A DNA stretch of 63,076 nucleotides, the filler included. It is 5 parts of 5 records of this genome, joined end to end, with 100 filler letters (N's around TTAATTAATTAA, not from the genome) between each part and the next. Parts side by side here need not be neighbours in the genome. Positions count along the whole stretch, not along the records: positions 37,957 to 57,319 come from DRR723986_7013; positions 57,420 to 63,076 come from DRR723986_7066; 3 more parts are not named here. One strand, 5' to 3'. Within the stretch, counting starts at the first letter, position 1. Every line of letters starts with the position of its first letter. Made by a program: the position numbers and the translations under genes. Positions 51,063 to 60,835 of the stretch are shown one piece after another. The notes below the pieces were generated by a model that was given only the letters and a program-made list of their open reading frames with translations, was not told the DNA's origin and searched no databases.

Positions 51063-54000
51063 TCAATCCTGAACCGTCACGCGCGATGTGTCTGTGCGCG
51101 CACGGAACCGAGGGCGATACATATCTTCGACAGATGCTGCAGGGTGATGGAACTGACCGGCGGACACAGCCCGGACCACATAGGCCAATGTAACCGGATC
51201 GCGGCCACCGATATCCACAGCCGCAAGAAAGCTATCCGATCTGAATTCGCTATGGGTGGCGTCAGACAGGTTGAGCCATTCAAGCGCACGCACATCGCCG
51301 GACCGCAACAGGCTTGGGTTGTCGATCTCAAATCCGGCAGGTAGCGGATCGCGCACCATCAGCCGGGCACCTGAGTCTTCGAATGGTTGCACCGTAACCA
51401 CAGCGACAAAGCGATCCCCCACGACAAAGGAGGGTCCGTTGATCTCGTCCCCTTCCATCGAGAAATATTGCCGCTGAATGCTGTATCCAGTGCCCCCAGC
51501 CGGAGGTGCGACCGTGGGAACGCCAAGCGTGGTCAGGGTGATGTCCTGTGATCCACCACCCGCAGCAGTGATATTCATCGCCTCCTGCGTCGCGCCAGAC
51601 AGGATCTGGACGAACGGCCCCTCTACGGGAGACCCATTGACCATTAGCCCCGATGTTTCTGGCGATTTCACCAAAGCCTGCGCTGCGAGCAGGGTCCAGG
51701 CGGACTCTTGCGTCGACATGGTTTCAGTTTCCTGACTGACCCGAGTGATCAGATTGTTGCGATCCACCACAGCGCTGCCTGCTTCGACAGCCAAAGCCAG
51801 AACCCCGGCGGAATCGCGCACGGGTGTCCCGTAATCCGCACGCCAAAATGGCCCTTCGCGCCCTTGCTGGCCATCCAGCATCTCAGCGGCGCGCGCAAAC
51901 ATCCGGTCCGCGCGGGTTTGATCCCCATAAGAGGCAAGCGCTGCCCCCAGTTGGGCGGCGGCCAGTGGCGTTGCAAACCCATCCCCTTTGACATCCGCAT
52001 AGTATCGCAGGTCGCCCATGGCGGCGGCCCCTTCGCGAGCAAGCACCATCAGGGCATAGGCAATGTCTTCGCCACCGATGTCAAAATCCGGCGCGTAATT
52101 GATACGGTTGCGCAGATTATCCATCGCTTGGGTAAAGGCCCGGTCGGGAACCACATGCCCCTCGGTGCGGGCCCGGCTCAGGAAATCGCTGGCATAGGCA
52201 TCCAGCCAGAAATCACCGCTTTCAGCGCGCCAGAGGCCAAAGGCCCCGTTCGACGCCTGTCGGGTCAGCACCCGCGCGATCGAGGCATCAATACGCGCCC
52301 GGACAGCCGGACCATCGCCAAGCCCAGCGGCCTGTGCAACAGACGAAAGGTACAGCAGGGGCATCGCTTGCGAGGTCACCTGTTCGGTGCAGCCATATGG
52401 ATACCGATCCAGTGCTGTCAGCAAACCCGGCGCATCAAAACGCGCCAAAGCGCCCGCAGACAGGATTGCCTGTGCAGACCCTGTGCGCAGCCCGGTAAAG
52501 ACATCCTTGCTGAACAGGAAACTGTCCCCCGCACCCAATGTGAACCGCCGCGTTTGCGCGACAACCGGGTCATTCGACTGAACAGGTAAGCGCAATGTTT
52601 GACGCAAGACACGGTCATCTGGTGTGGTCAAAACAACATCGATGTGCCCCACCCCAGATTGCACAGCCTTGACCGGTACGCGGAACGTTGCTTTGCCACC
52701 AGCATCAAGCGTGAAGCCGCCCGGCTGTGTGGTCGGTTGCAGAGTGCTGTCAGCATTCAAAGTCAGTGTCATGTCACCGGCGGGGCCATCGGCATGCACA
52801 ATCTCAAGCAAGAGCTGGCTGTTATCACCGGGTGCCAGAAAGCGTGGCAAACTGGCGGTCACCACGACGGGATCGCGCACAATCATGTCCTGTTCGGCCT
52901 GACCAACGGCTGTCTTGCTCCAGGCGACGACCATCAGGCGCACGGTGCCGTTAAACGCGGGCAGGTCGATGTCGATGGTGGCGGTGCCATCTGCGCCCAC
53001 CTCAACAGGGCCGCTAAAGCGCGCCATCAAGTCTTGGGTTGGGGGTGGGGATTGCGAGCGCATGCCTGCGTTGGCGTCCCCGCCGGATCGCACAGAGCCA
53101 ACCGCGCCGTTCAGTCCATCAATCAAACGTCCATAAACGTCACGCAATTCGACCCCCAACCGACGCTGGCCAAAGTAGTGGCCGTCGGGGTCCGGGCTTT
53201 TAAAACCTGTTAGGTTGAGAATGCCAACATCCACTGCCGCAAGTGTCATCCAAACTTGCTCACCCGCCGCTGCGCCGGAAACAGTAACTTTTGCTTGTTG
53301 GGTTTGGCGGGGCTGGGCCACTTCGGGCACTTCGACCGAGACCGCGAGCCGTTTGCCGATGGGATCCACGGTCGCATGAGCAAGACCCAGCGCGCGGGCC
53401 GGGTTTTGACCAGCCGAGACATCCATCGGGCGGATCACTGACGCGGTAACATAGGCCCCTGTGCCCCACTCCTCGGTCACCTCAAGGGGGATCACACTGG
53501 CACCGGCGGGCACTTCGACCGACTGGCGATGAATGACCTTGTTGGACATCACCGTGACGAGGGCCGTGCCAGCCGCCCGCGGAACAATACGTAAGTTGGC
53601 CGTATCGCCCGGTTGATAACTGTCTTGATCTAGCGAAAGCTCTAAGCGGTCCGGTGTCGCGGAGGCATCTGCCGCTTGGTACCACCCTGCGTAGAACTCT
53701 GCCGACGTGGCGACATAGCCCCCGTCGAGGCGCTCCACCACCAGCTCGTACGTGCCCCAATCCACTTGAGAAGAAACCGAAACGGGTTGACCCTGTAGCG
53801 TCGCGTCGCCTGTTGCGATACGAGTGCGACGGGTCACCGGTTCCCAGTTCCAATTGCCGTAAAGCTGATACCACTGATACCGCGTTTCGACTCTGTTTAA
53901 GGTCCAACGCACCTGCATTGGCGTGGGTGTCAGGTCTGGCGTTAAGCCAATGATATCAAATGCGGCCTCTGTGCCCTCGGCCACCACACCATCAAACAGG

Positions 54001-56486
54001 GGCTTAATCCCCAGAACCGGCGTATCCGGCAACACCGGCGCAACCAATCGCCGCTCGACCGGGCGCGATGACCCATCGGCGAGACGCGCGATCACGGTCG
54101 CTTCGAGCGGTTTGCCCGCCGCGCTGAGGCGCGGGATTTCGACTGGAACAAAAGCCTGTCCTTGGGCATCGGTTTTCTGATCCCCGAAATAGCTGCTTTG
54201 GGCTGATGTACTCTCATCATGGCGACCGAACTGATAACCGGGCCACTCTGCCAATTGTGAGGCCGCGCGCAGCACAACCTGACCGTCAATTTTCAGATCA
54301 GACCCCGGCGCACCAAAGAGGTACTTGGCCTGAACCTGTAACGGGGGGCTTTCGCTCGGGCGCAGTGGTGCATTTGGCAATGAAAGCGTAAAGTCGATCC
54401 GTTCCGGCAGGAAATCTTCGACCAAGACCGTTTGGGTCGCGACGCTTTTCCCCTTGGGGTCGGTCTTGATATCCAACCGCCAGGCCCCGCGTGGAACGCT
54501 TGATCCCACGGGAAACGAGAACACGTGCCCCCCGACATTGCCACCGCCGGAAACAAGGCGGCGATATTCCACCCCATCCGGGCGACTGAGGATCGCGGTC
54601 AATGGCACCCCTTCGAGGGCCGCAACCGCATCATCGCGCGTCAAAACGGTGGCATGGATCACTTCACCCGCGCGATAGGCGCCACGATCCGTGGTCAAAA
54701 AGACATCAACTGGCCCCGCAGGGGCACGCCCCTCAACCCCGCGATCGGACAAATCAAAAGCCGGGTCTGTCAGAGACAGGAACCCAAGATCGGTGTCCTC
54801 AAGGCTTGCCAAAACCATTGCAGGGGCTGCCGATCCGTCCCCGCGCACCAAGCCCGGTTCAAAACGGGCGTACCCCTCGGTATCGGTACTCAGCTTTCCA
54901 AGCACCGCATTGGCCCGAGACACCAGTGTCACCTCGACCCCGGCTTTGGGCAACGCATCCCCCAATCCGCGCACATTGACGTGCAACCCATCTGTACCCG
55001 ACATCGTGCTGATTCCCAGATCGCTGAGAACAAACCATTGCGTGGCGCCCGGGTCGTCATAAGGGTCCGCCCCCGGAACTCGTGCAGTCAGCGCATAAAT
55101 TCCAGCTGGCTGCCCGGCAATTGCCTCGCCCATAGGAAGACGGGCAACCATGTCTTGGTTCAGTTCATTCTGAACCTCACCCGTGCCAGACCACACATCC
55201 TGTGCAATTTCATTTGCAAAGTTCTGATCCTGCCAATGGTTCAGCGGACGCCCAAAATACCCATCCTGAACCGCGCGCAATAGGTTCCGATCACTCACCC
55301 GGCGCAGCTGCAGCTCTACCTCGTTCAAGTTAACCGTTTGAACGGGCAAAGCGGCATCAGCGGATTTGGGCAGGACATAAGAACGGCCGGGAAATTTCAC
55401 CGACGGAGCACGATCACGTACATAGTGCGTCAGCTCAACATCCTTGTGCAGAACCTCGCCCGAGACAGAGGGCAACCCCTTGCGCAGTAGAATGCGATAT
55501 CTGCTGCCATGCGCGACCCCATCAACGCACAACTGTGAGTCATCAATCTGTACCACCAGAGAAGACGATGGCAGATTGACGAAGGGTTCATAATCGACCC
55601 CCGCTTTGACCAAAGGTTCTGAAAATTGCGCGCAGATGCGCGGTGCTGTTGAATCGCTTTCCACGGTGCTGTCAGTGACCCGGAACCCGTATTTTGCAAT
55701 CGCGGCTTCCAGGGCGCGGGCAATGTCATCCCGGGGCTGCAGCGTATTGGCCAATCGCAACGCAGCCAACATATCCCGACCACGCCCGGATTTCTCTAAA
55801 CTCTCTGAAAGCGCCTGCAGTGCAGATACTTGCTCGCCTGTATTTTGCGCCCGCAGATATCCATTCACCGCCGCAGACAAGGCGCGCGCGCGATATTCTC
55901 TCTGGCGGTTGCTATTGCTCACATCAATGGCAAGCAGGGCGTTGGCATATTCTGTCCACAGATCCCCCCGGTCGCTGAGTGAAACCGCGACCCCGATCCA
56001 TTGCATATAACGGATGTCATCCCCGGCAGAGGCCCGCGCGGCCCCCAAAATAGACTCTAGATCCAATCCCCCCGCGGCATGACGCAACCCTAGATCCCGG
56101 CCCTGCGCCCGTGCCGCATCCAAATCCTGTGATTTGAGGAACCCGAGATCTGTAACCCGCGTTTGCACCAGGTTTTGTACGTCTGCTGCAGTCGCCACTT
56201 TGAGCGCCGATACCGCGCCTTCGTATGGGGTTTGCTCACTTACACCTTGTTTGGGAAAACAGGCGTTGGAGCGGGTGTTAAACGTAAACGCCTGACAGGA
56301 CGCTTGTGCGGAACAGGCCTGAACGCAGGCCGACAGATCCGTATCAAATAGGGAATCCAGATCTGAACCGTAAAAATCCATATCTTTTGAAACAATATAG
56401 CGGAAATCAGACAGCGCCTGTTGCGCTAGTGCGCCTTGGGCAATCGAACAAAATAAAGCAAATAAAATATAACAAAAACGTGGCAT
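51063..56486 (-). CDS. Bacterial alpha-2-macroglobulin (YfhM-like) with N-terminal PAN/apple-like domain
   Basis: Thioester motif YPYGCTEQ; TDRGAYRAGE; VEDFLPERI; AAVDVGIL; VEDMYRP; Cys-rich N-terminus DFYGSDL...C..AC....CQAFTFN....CFPK; ATG 56486 with GGAGG. Confidence 0.95.
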   Translation of the reverse strand: MPRFCYILFALFCSIAQGALAQQALSDFRYIVSKDMDFYGSDLDSLFDTDLSACVQACSAQASCQAFTFNTRSNACFPKQGVSEQTPYEGAVSALKVATAADVQNLVQTRVTDLGFLKSQDLDAARAQGRDLGLRHAAGGLDLESILGAARASAGDDIRYMQWIGVAVSLSDRGDLWTEYANALLAIDVSNSNRQREYRARALSAAVNGYLRAQNTGEQVSALQALSESLEKSGRGRDMLAALRLANTLQPRDDIARALEAAIAKYGFRVTDSTVESDSTAPRICAQFSEPLVKAGVDYEPFVNLPSSSLVVQIDDSQLCVDGVAHGSRYRILLRKGLPSVSGEVLHKDVELTHYVRDRAPSVKFPGRSYVLPKSADAALPVQTVNLNEVELQLRRVSDRNLLRAVQDGYFGRPLNHWQDQNFANEIAQDVWSGTGEVQNELNQDMVARLPMGEAIAGQPAGIYALTARVPGADPYDDPGATQWFVLSDLGISTMSGTDGLHVNVRGLGDALPKAGVEVTLVSRANAVLGKLSTDTEGYARFEPGLVRGDGSAAPAMVLASLEDTDLGFLSLTDPAFDLSDRGVEGRAPAGPVDVFLTTDRGAYRAGEVIHATVLTRDDAVAALEGVPLTAILSRPDGVEYRRLVSGGGNVGGHVFSFPVGSSVPRGAWRLDIKTDPKGKSVATQTVLVEDFLPERIDFTLSLPNAPLRPSESPPLQVQAKYLFGAPGSDLKIDGQVVLRAASQLAEWPGYQFGRHDESTSAQSSYFGDQKTDAQGQAFVPVEIPRLSAAGKPLEATVIARLADGSSRPVERRLVAPVLPDTPVLGIKPLFDGVVAEGTEAAFDIIGLTPDLTPTPMQVRWTLNRVETRYQWYQLYGNWNWEPVTRRTRIATGDATLQGQPVSVSSQVDWGTYELVVERLDGGYVATSAEFYAGWYQAADASATPDRLELSLDQDSYQPGDTANLRIVPRAAGTALVTVMSNKVIHRQSVEVPAGASVIPLEVTEEWGTGAYVTASVIRPMDVSAGQNPARALGLAHATVDPIGKRLAVSVEVPEVAQPRQTQQAKVTVSGAAAGEQVWMTLAAVDVGILNLTGFKSPDPDGHYFGQRRLGVELRDVYGRLIDGLNGAVGSVRSGGDANAGMRSQSPPPTQDLMARFSGPVEVGADGTATIDIDLPAFNGTVRLMVVAWSKTAVGQAEQDMIVRDPVVVTASLPRFLAPGDNSQLLLEIVHADGPAGDMTLTLNADSTLQPTTQPGGFTLDAGGKATFRVPVKAVQSGVGHIDVVLTTPDDRVLRQTLRLPVQSNDPVVAQTRRFTLGAGDSFLFSKDVFTGLRTGSAQAILSAGALARFDAPGLLTALDRYPYGCTEQVTSQAMPLLYLSSVAQAAGLGDGPAVRARIDASIARVLTRQASNGAFGLWRAESGDFWLDAYASDFLSRARTEGHVVPDRAFTQAMDNLRNRINYAPDFDIGGEDIAYALMVLAREGAAAMGDLRYYADVKGDGFATPLAAAQLGAALASYGDQTRADRMFARAAEMLDGQQGREGPFWRADYGTPVRDSAGVLALAVEAGSAVVDRNNLITRVSQETETMSTQESAWTLLAAQALVKSPETSGLMVNGSPVEGPFVQILSGATQEAMNITAAGGGSQDITLTTLGVPTVAPPAGGTGYSIQRQYFSMEGDEINGPSFVVGDRFVAVVTVQPFEDSGARLMVRDPLPAGFEIDNPSLLRSGDVRALEWLNLSDATHSEFRSDSFLAAVDIGGRDPVTLAYVVRAVSAGQFHHPAASVEDMYRPRFRARTDTSRVTVQD

Positions 56487-56623
56487 GCCGCCCTCCGATC
56501 TCATCAGAGCGTGGCACGAGTCCCCTCACGATGGCAACGATTTCCCGCAGCGCATCAGGGTTTAAACACTTATTCACCGACTCATCCGATGGTGAGCACC
56601 ACGAACCGCTAAGGACCACCTAA

Positions 56624-57319
56624 ATGAGCCTTGTCAACAAACTTGCCGAGGAACGGCGCGCACGTTTATCAGCTGAACGTTTGCTTGAGCTCAAGCAAGC
56701 GGAGCTGTCGGCCGCGAACCGTAAACTGGGCCGTCATGCACTTGCATTGACGAAACAGATTGATGCCAAGCAAGCCGAGGTGGCAACCGTTCGTGACGAA
56801 AACGAAAAGGTGAAATCGGACCTGACCGTGGCCCATGCCAAGGTGGAAATTGCTGAACGGCGGTTGTGGCATTCTATTCAAACCATTCAGGATGGGTTTG
56901 CGTTTTTCGATTCCGACAGCACGCTGATTGGCGCCAACGCGGCGTATCTGAATGCCTTTGACGGTCTGGAAGAGGTGACGCCGGGGATTTCATACCCACG
57001 CATTTTGCAGCTTTTTACAGATGAGGGCGTTGTAAACACAGAACAGCTCAGCCCTGAAGAGTGGCGCGATATGATGACTGAGCGTTGGGTGTCACCCAAT
57101 CCGGAACCTTTTGTCATGCGGATGTGGAACGACCAATACATCAAGCTCATTGATCAACGCGGTCACGGGGGGGATGTGGTCAGTCTGGCACTGAACATTA
57201 CCTCGACAGTCCGGTACGAAGCCGAATTGCGTGCTGCGCGAGAGCGCGCCGAAAGCGCCAATCGCGCGAAATCTGCGTTCTTGGCGAATATGAGCCATGA
57301 AATTCGCACCCCCATGAAC
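56624..57319 (+). CDS. Sensor histidine kinase (coiled coil + PAS-like + HisKA), 3' truncated
   Basis: [25 protein letters not shown]-box at the contig end. Confidence 0.9.
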
Positions 57320-57419
57320 NNNNNNNNNNNNNNNNNNNNNNNNNNNNNNNNNNNNNNNNNNNNTTAATTAATTAANNNNNNNNNNNNNNNNNNNNNNNNN
57401 NNNNNNNNNNNNNNNNNNN
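57320..57419. other. Artificial contig linker
   Basis: N44-TTAATTAATTAA-N44. Confidence 0.98.
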
Positions 57420-58251
57420 CGGCGCAGGCATGATGGACGCCAAGAAGGCGTTGACCGAAAACAACGGCGACATGGAAGCCGCAGTTGATTGGCTGCGCAC
57501 CAAAGGTCTGGCCAAAGCGGCCAAGAAATCTGGCCGTACAGCGGCCGAAGGTCTGGTGGCTGTTCAGGTGAATGGCGGCCACGGTGTCGCGGTTGAAGTG
57601 AACTCTGAAACCGACTTTGTTGGTAAGAACGCTGACTTCCAGAAAATGGTTGGCGGCATCGCAGAGGTTGCGCTGAACACGGCTGATCTGGACGCGTTGA
57701 AAGCGGCTGACATGGGCGGCAAATCTGTCGAACAGACTGTGACAGATGCGGTTGCCGTGATCGGCGAGAACATGTCGGTGCGCCGCATGTCCGCGATCGA
57801 CGGCGACGTGGTTGTGTCCTACGTCCACAACGCAGCGGCACCCGGCATGGGCAAAATTGGCGTTCTGGTTGCAATGACCGGCGGTGATGAAGCGTTTGGC
57901 AAACAGGTCGCGATGCACATCGCCGCTGTGAACCCTGCAGCCCTGTCCGAAGCAGATCTGGACGCGGATGTTGTCGAAAAAGAAAAGCAGGTCCAGATGG
58001 ACATCGCACGTGAATCCGGCAAGCCGGAAGCCGTGATCGAGAAAATGATCATCGGCCGCATGAAAAAGTACATGTCCGAAGTGACATTGCTGAACCAGGC
58101 GTTTGTTGTGAACCCTGACCTGACCGTTGGCGACGCCGCCAAAGAGGCCGGCGCAACCATCACCGGTTTTGTCCGTCTCGAAGTGGGCGAAGGCATCGAA
58201 GTGGTCAAAGAAGACTTTGCTGCTGAAGTTGCGAAAGCCGCACAGGGCTAA
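57420..58251 (+). CDS. tsf: Translation elongation factor Ts (5' truncated)
   Basis: [51 protein letters not shown]. Confidence 0.97.
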
Positions 58252-58274
58252 GCCACTCAACAAGCTACGTATTT

Positions 58275-58306
58275 GGGGCGGTTCCGGCATCGGGGCCGCC
58301 CTTTTT
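58275..58306 (+). terminator. Rho-independent terminator of tsf
   Basis: GGGCGGTTCCG-GCAT-CGGGGCCGCCC-TTTTT. Confidence 0.85.
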
Positions 58307-58596
58307 CGTGGCCGGGCCACACAGACAAACGGGGCAGGGGAAAAAGATAGGCGGACTTTGACCGAGAGGCAAAGCCCGCCTATACGCTCGCCCCAGGTTG
58401 CGCTGGGACGGGGAGCGCAAAACCCTGCCAGCCGAAACGAAAAAAGCCCCGGCAAAACAGGAACCCGAACAGAGCCTCATAATCAAAAGGGTATACTGGG
58501 CAGCGTCCCACGGCCAAGCCGCGTACACGGGACAGGGTTACCTTGCGTCATGACGCCAACCCGCGCCAGTAAGGGATTCCATACCTTCAGACCGGA

Positions 58597-59352
58597 TCAG
58601 ACGTCCATCACAAACATCTGGTTGGTGAAGGCCGCCTTCAGAACCGCCTGTGCGGTGGTTTCCACGCCCATGGATTCACGCGCCAGGCGCAGGTGTTTTT
58701 CCACCGTCGCCGCCGTTAACCCCATCAACAGCGCGATATCCTGCGTGGTTTTGCCATCGCCAACCCATTGCAACGCCTCGCGCTGGCGCGGGGTCAGGGC
58801 GTGTTTGGCGGTGTTCTGGGGCAGGGTGAGGATTTTGAGATGTGCGACATCATTCATCACCTTGATATCATCACCATGCTGATCCCAAATCGCATCCACC
58901 GCCGCCTGATCAAGATCGCGCCGCGCAGTCAATGCAATGGCACCTTTCGACCGTGTGGAGATCGATTTGAAGCTGACGGTATAACCTGCAAGCACCCCCA
59001 TACGGCGATTGAAATCGAGCACCCGTTCCACAGCAGGGGTCATGCCCTTGGCCTGTGCCATTTCATGCATCACGGTCCAGCTGCAGGCGCCATCATTGGC
59101 CAGCGCCCAATGCACCATGGGCGCATCGTAATAGAGACCACCCCCCAGAAATTCATCCGTATAGGTCCGGCAATGGTTGGTCAGAATGATAAAATCTTCG
59201 GGATCACCGAGCGAGGTAGAGGTCCGGTAGCGGGTATAGCCATAGATCAGCCGGTCAAAGCCGTATTCGGCCATTTTCTGGGTATGGAGATCCCACAACT
59301 CTTCCAAAGAGGGGCACCGTACCAAGCCGTCGAGATATTCCTGCAAGCTCAT
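58597..59352 (-). CDS. LuxR-family regulator with autoinducer-binding-type domain (solo)
   Basis: N-terminal Autoind_bind-like region; C-terminal LTPRQREALQWV.DGKT.QDIA..MG....TVEKHL..AR. Confidence 0.9.
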   Translation of the reverse strand: MSLQEYLDGLVRCPSLEELWDLHTQKMAEYGFDRLIYGYTRYRTSTSLGDPEDFIILTNHCRTYTDEFLGGGLYYDAPMVHWALANDGACSWTVMHEMAQAKGMTPAVERVLDFNRRMGVLAGYTVSFKSISTRSKGAIALTARRDLDQAAVDAIWDQHGDDIKVMNDVAHLKILTLPQNTAKHALTPRQREALQWVGDGKTTQDIALLMGLTAATVEKHLRLARESMGVETTAQAVLKAAFTNQMFVMDV

Positions 59353-59789
59353 TTTTGTGCAAAAACATCCGCGAGGGCGTCCAGCGCCAGAACATATCCC
59401 TTCGCCCCAAATCCGCAGATCTGGCCAACAGCCACCGGCGCAATATAGGACCGATGGCGAAAGCTTTCACGGGCGTGAATATTGCTCAGATGCACTTCGA
59501 CAACTGGCAATTCAACCGAGGCAATCGCATCCATCAATGCGATCGACGTATGGGTAAAAGCGCCTGCATTGAGGACGATCCCGTCATGGGTGCCTTTGGC
59601 GGCATGGATCTGATCAATCAACACACCTTCATGGTTGGACTGGACACATGCCACATCAAACCCAAGTGCCGCACCGGCATCGGTACACAGCTTTTCAACA
59701 TCTGCCAAAGTGGTTGCGCCATAAACCTCGGGCTGGCGGGTGCCAAGCAGGTTCAGGTTCGGGCCGTTCAGGATCAAAACAGATGGCAT
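59349..59789 (-). CDS. aroQ: Type II 3-dehydroquinate dehydratase
   Basis: LNGPNLNLLG.RQPEVYG, QSNHEG.LID, NAGAFTHTSIAL.DA, EVHLSNIHARE.FRH.S. Confidence 0.97.
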   Translation of the reverse strand: MPSVLILNGPNLNLLGTRQPEVYGATTLADVEKLCTDAGAALGFDVACVQSNHEGVLIDQIHAAKGTHDGIVLNAGAFTHTSIALMDAIASVELPVVEVHLSNIHARESFRHRSYIAPVAVGQICGFGAKGYVLALDALADVFAQK

Positions 59790-59939
59790 TGCGGAACTCA
59801 CATATTCAATACAATCAGTTAACGGCCCAGAGGCTACGCTGTCCAGCAGCAGCGCAGCATGGATGCACAACTTACAGAAGAAGTGGTGCATTTCCGCATG
59901 TTTGTAACCAGTTCAGCGCGGCGACTATGGCAGGCGAAC

Positions 59940-59969
59940 AAACCGGGAGGAGGGGGCAAATCCCGGTTT
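59940..59969. terminator. Hairpin AAACCGGGA-N12-TCCCGGTTT, possible terminator of the 59977 gene
   Basis: 9-bp inverted repeat just after the stop codon. Confidence 0.45.
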
Positions 59970-59976
59970 TCTTGCG

Positions 59977-60447
59977 TCAAGGACGGTTTCCTCGTTTGAT
60001 CCAGCAGCTTTTTGTAAAGAATGTCCGCTTGGCCAATTGTGGCTTTTTCCCCCAGGTCTGCACCACGACCATAAATGGATTCCCCGGTTTTTTGACTTCT
60101 TCAAGAAGCTCTTTGTTGAAGGTCAGGCAAATCTCCTTTGCTCTTTTAGCAACGAGCGTGCGACTGATCTTGCTGCCAGCGGTTTCACCAGCATAGTTAA
60201 CCTCAACCACAGAGCCATTCATCGCGGAGCTGAGCCTCGCCGGAGCCCCAACGCCAACCATCGACCTTGTGCGCCTGATCTCTGTCGGCTCTTTCTTGAT
60301 CACACATCCCGTGCTGCCATCGCTCAGCTTGATCACCGGCGTACCGCGGCACATGGCATCCGCCTGAGAGGCCGCAAGTAGCAATCCAACAACCAAGGCC
60401 GAACCTTTGGCGAAGTTCTGAAATTTGTTTCGAAGTGTCGTAGGCAT
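59977..60447 (-). CDS. Hypothetical secreted basic protein with four cysteines
   Basis: Signal-like ALVVGLLLAASQADA|MC; Lys/Arg-rich; no family recognised. Confidence 0.55.
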   Translation of the reverse strand: MPTTLRNKFQNFAKGSALVVGLLLAASQADAMCRGTPVIKLSDGSTGCVIKKEPTEIRRTRSMVGVGAPARLSSAMNGSVVEVNYAGETAGSKISRTLVAKRAKEICLTFNKELLEEVKKPGNPFMVVVQTWGKKPQLAKRTFFTKSCWIKRGNRP

Positions 60448-60835
60448 TTTGCGCATTCCGTTTTAGATAGATTGGGCCCATGGCTCAATTTCAAATCACT
60501 ACCTCTAGTGGTGGAAGATCCGAGGGAGTTCAACCCCGAATGGTTGGCCGGTTTTTCGAAGGGGATATGCGCACATGACGACAAACCAGCGTTTTCCGGT
60601 GCGGATTTGAATGTGCCCCTTTGGCATTCTCCAAATCTTATAATCAGTATTATGTAATATTAATATGCGCTAAGGCTCACCTGAACACACAACTATGCCC
60701 CGTAACCCACTGAATTAAAGCCAAACACCAACCGAACCTGCCAACCCTCCACATGGTGAAAACCAGCAATTGCCTTTACCTGCGCCACAGCCTAGCACTT
60801 TACAAAAGATGCGCGACACAGCCACAGGAGAAACC

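Noticed and set aside
58127-58882. 251-aa ORF spanning the tsf-luxR gap
   Set aside because: Overlaps two well-supported genes and crosses the tsf terminator
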